A DNA stretch of 63,789 nucleotides, filler included, from Chiloscyllium plagiosum (lineage: Eukaryota): NCBI RefSeq assembly GCF_004010195.1. It is 4 parts of one record of this genome, joined end to end, with 100 filler letters (N's around TTAATTAATTAA, not from the genome) between each part and the next. Parts side by side here need not be neighbours in the genome. Positions count along the whole stretch, not along the records: positions 59,096 to 63,789 come from NC_057710.1; 3 more parts are not named here. The stretch is one strand, 5' to 3'. This document shows positions 61,458 to 63,789 of this stretch, in pieces (the first letter of the stretch is position 1; every line of letters starts with the position of its first letter). The notes beneath the pieces are model-generated. The model was not told the DNA's origin, did not search any database, and was given only the letters and a program-made list of their open reading frames with translations. The position numbers and the translations under genes were made by a program.

Positions 61458-62740
61458 CAGTCATAGAGTCATACAGCATGGAAACAGAACCTTCGGTCCA
61501 ACTTGTTCATGCTGACCAGGTTTCCCAAACTAAACTTGTCCCATTTACCTGCATTTGGCCCATATCCTTCTAAACCTTTCCTTTTCATGTACCTGAACAA
61601 ATATCTTCTAAATATTGTAACCGTACCCACATCTACCACTTCCTCTGGCTGTTCAGTCCATATACAAAACAATCTCTGCGGGAAAACCTTCCTTCAGGTC
61701 CCTTTTAAATAGAGTCATAGAGATGTACATCATGGAAACAGACCCTTCGGTCCAACCTGTCCATGCCGACCAGATATCCCAACCCAATGTAGTCCCACCT
61801 GCCAGCACCTGGCCCATATCCCTCCAAACCCTTCCTATTCATATACCCATCCAAATGCCTTTTAAATGTTGCAATTGTACCAGCCTCCACCTCTTCCTCT
61901 GGCAGCTCATTTCATATTCATACCACCCTCTGTGTGAAGAAGTTGCCCCCTAGATCTCTTTTATTCTTTCCCCTCTCACCCTAAAACTATGCCCTCTAGT
62001 TCTGGACTCCCTGACCCCAGGGAAAAGACTTTGTCTATTTACCCTATCCATGCCCCTCATAATTTTGTAAACCTCTATAAGGTCACCCCTCAGCCTCCGA
62101 CGCTCCAGGGAAAACAGCCCCAGCCTGTTTCAGCCTCTCCCTATAGCTCAAATCCTTCAACACTGGCAACATTCTTGTAAATTTTTTCTGAACCCTTTCA
62201 AGTTTCACAACATCTTTCCGATAGGAAGGAGACCAGAATTGCATGCAGGACAGTGGCCTAACCAATGTCCTGTACAGCTGCAACATGATCTCCCAATTCC
62301 TGTACTCAATACTCTGGCCAATAAAGAAAAGCATAACAAATGCCTTTTTCACTATCCTATCTATCTGTGACTCCACTTTCAAGGAGCTATGAACCTGCAC
62401 TCCAAGGTTTCTTTGTTCAGCAAAACTCCCTAGGACCTTACCATTAAGTGTATATGTCCTACTAAGATTTGCTTTCCCAAACTGCAGCACCTCGTATTTA
62501 TCTGAATTAAACTCCATCTGCCACTTCTCAGCCCATTGGCCCATCTGGTCAAGATCCTGTTGTAATCTGAGGTAACCCTTTTCGCTGTCCACTACACCAT
62601 AAACTAATGCACTCAAGCTTTGAACTCACCTAGCCAAGGGAAATACGTTTGCTATTCACCTTATCCATGTTCCTCATGATTTTTTAAACCTCTATAAGGT
62701 TACCCCACAACCTTCTCGGTTCCAGTGAGAAAGGTCCCAG
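61458..62740 (-). mobile_element. Two nested CR1 3' parts (younger 61709-62598 inserted in older 61458-61708/62620-62740)
   Basis: LQQDLDQMGQWAEKWQMEFNSDK, RNLGVQVH; two separate CTATGACT tails. Confidence 0.9.
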
Positions 62741-62759
62741 CCACTCCTCACCTTCAGAA

Positions 62760-63353
62760 ATGAGATAACAAGAGTCCAGAGACAGTATGCTCCTGCTAGA
62801 GTGAAGAGCAAAGCTGGTAGGTATAGGGAATGCTAGAAGGTGAGAGAAATTGAGGTGCTGGTTGAGAAAAAGAAGGAAGCATATGTCAGCTATTGACTGC
62901 AGGGATCAAGTGGATTCCTAGAAGAGCATAAAGGCAGTAGAAGTATAGTTAAGACGGAAATCAGGAGATCAAAAAGGGAACATGGCAAAAGGGTTAAGGA
63001 GAATCAAAAGGAATTCTATAAAAATACCTTAAGGAGAAAAGGGTAACTAGGGAGAGAATGCAGCTCCTTAAAGCTCAGCAAGGCCACGTGTATGTGGAAC
63101 ACAGGAGGTGGGGGAGATATTACATGGTTATTTTATATCAGTGTTTACTGTGGAGAAGGATATGGAAGCTAGACAACTTGAGGAAATAAATAGCAACGTC
63201 TTAAAAAATGTCCATATTACAGAGGAGGAGGTACTGGACATTTTAAAACACATAAAGGTGGATAAATCCCTGGAACACAATCAGCCATTTCCTGAAACCC
63301 TGTGGGAAACTAGGGAAGTGATTTCTGGGACACTTGCTGAGATATCTGTATCA
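62760..63353 (+). mobile_element. CR1 ORF2 fragment (between APE and RT)
   Basis: EILHGYFISVFTVE...ITEEEVLDILKHIKVDKS. Confidence 0.85.
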
Positions 63354-63789
63354 TTCAAAGTTTGTGTGAAGATTTGTAGCTCGGGTGCTCGTTGTTGTAG
63401 TTCTGTTCGCCGAGCTGCAAATTTTTGTTGCAAACGTTTCGTCCCCTATCTAGGTGACATCCTCAGTGCTTGGGAGCCTCCTGTGAAGCGCTTCTGTGGT
63501 GTTTCCTCCGGCATTTATAGTGGCCTGTCCCTGCCACTTCCGGTTGTCAGTTTCAGCTGTCCGCTGTAGTGGCCGGTATATTGGGTCCAGGTCGATGTGT
63601 TTGTTGATGGAGTTTGTGGACGAGTGCCATGCTTCTAGAAATTCCCAGGCTGTTCTTTGTTTGGCTTGTCCTATAATGGTAGTGTTGTCCCAGTCAAACT
63701 CATGTTGCTTGTCGTCTGCGTGTGTGGCTACTAAGGATAGCTGGTCATGGCGTTTCGTGGCTAGTTGATGTTCATGGATGCGGATCGTT
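63354..63789 (-). mobile_element. Penelope/Poseidon-type PLE 3' end with hammerhead at 63430-63469
   Basis: Minus strand encodes RIHEHQLATKR...AWEFLEAWHS; core GCA-CTGAGGA-T-GTC..GAC-GAAACGTT-TGC. Confidence 0.9.

Noticed and set aside
687..63768. Remaining short ORFs in the six-frame track
   Set aside because: They are TE fragments, antisense readings of TEs or chance ORFs. I saw no other DCC exon or host-gene homology, though a small exon could be hidden in the gaps.

Overview
This is eukaryotic, repeat-dense vertebrate DNA. The repeat families point to a cartilaginous fish (shark); that assignment is inferred. I find only one host coding exon: a 155-bp + strand exon at 42031-42185 encoding part of an Ig domain of the netrin receptor DCC, equivalent to human DCC exon 6. 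The rest appears to be DCC intron, with >42 kb upstream and >21 kb downstream and no other exon recognised. The introns hold decayed CR1-type LINEs, a second CR1/L2-superfamily LINE with a partner SINE, V-core (HE1-like) and Deu-like SINEs, and at least four families of Penelope-like elements (PLEs; RT + GIY-YIG). The most striking signal is about 20 minimal hammerhead-ribozyme cores (CTGANGA-N-stem II-GAAA-palindromic ACGT/AGCT-H) in PLE terminal repeats. Stem II co-varies between families. Many cores sit in 100-250-bp insertions with target-site duplications (TSDs), whose 5' ends or fold-back points fall at the ribozyme. Also present are several local templated duplications and inversions, a 287-bp tandem duplication next to the DCC acceptor, a relic Harbinger-type Myb/SANT ORF, and artificial assembly linkers. 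Most ORFs in the supplied track are transposon fragments or chance ORFs. Repeat boundaries are read by eye and approximate unless a TSD is quoted.
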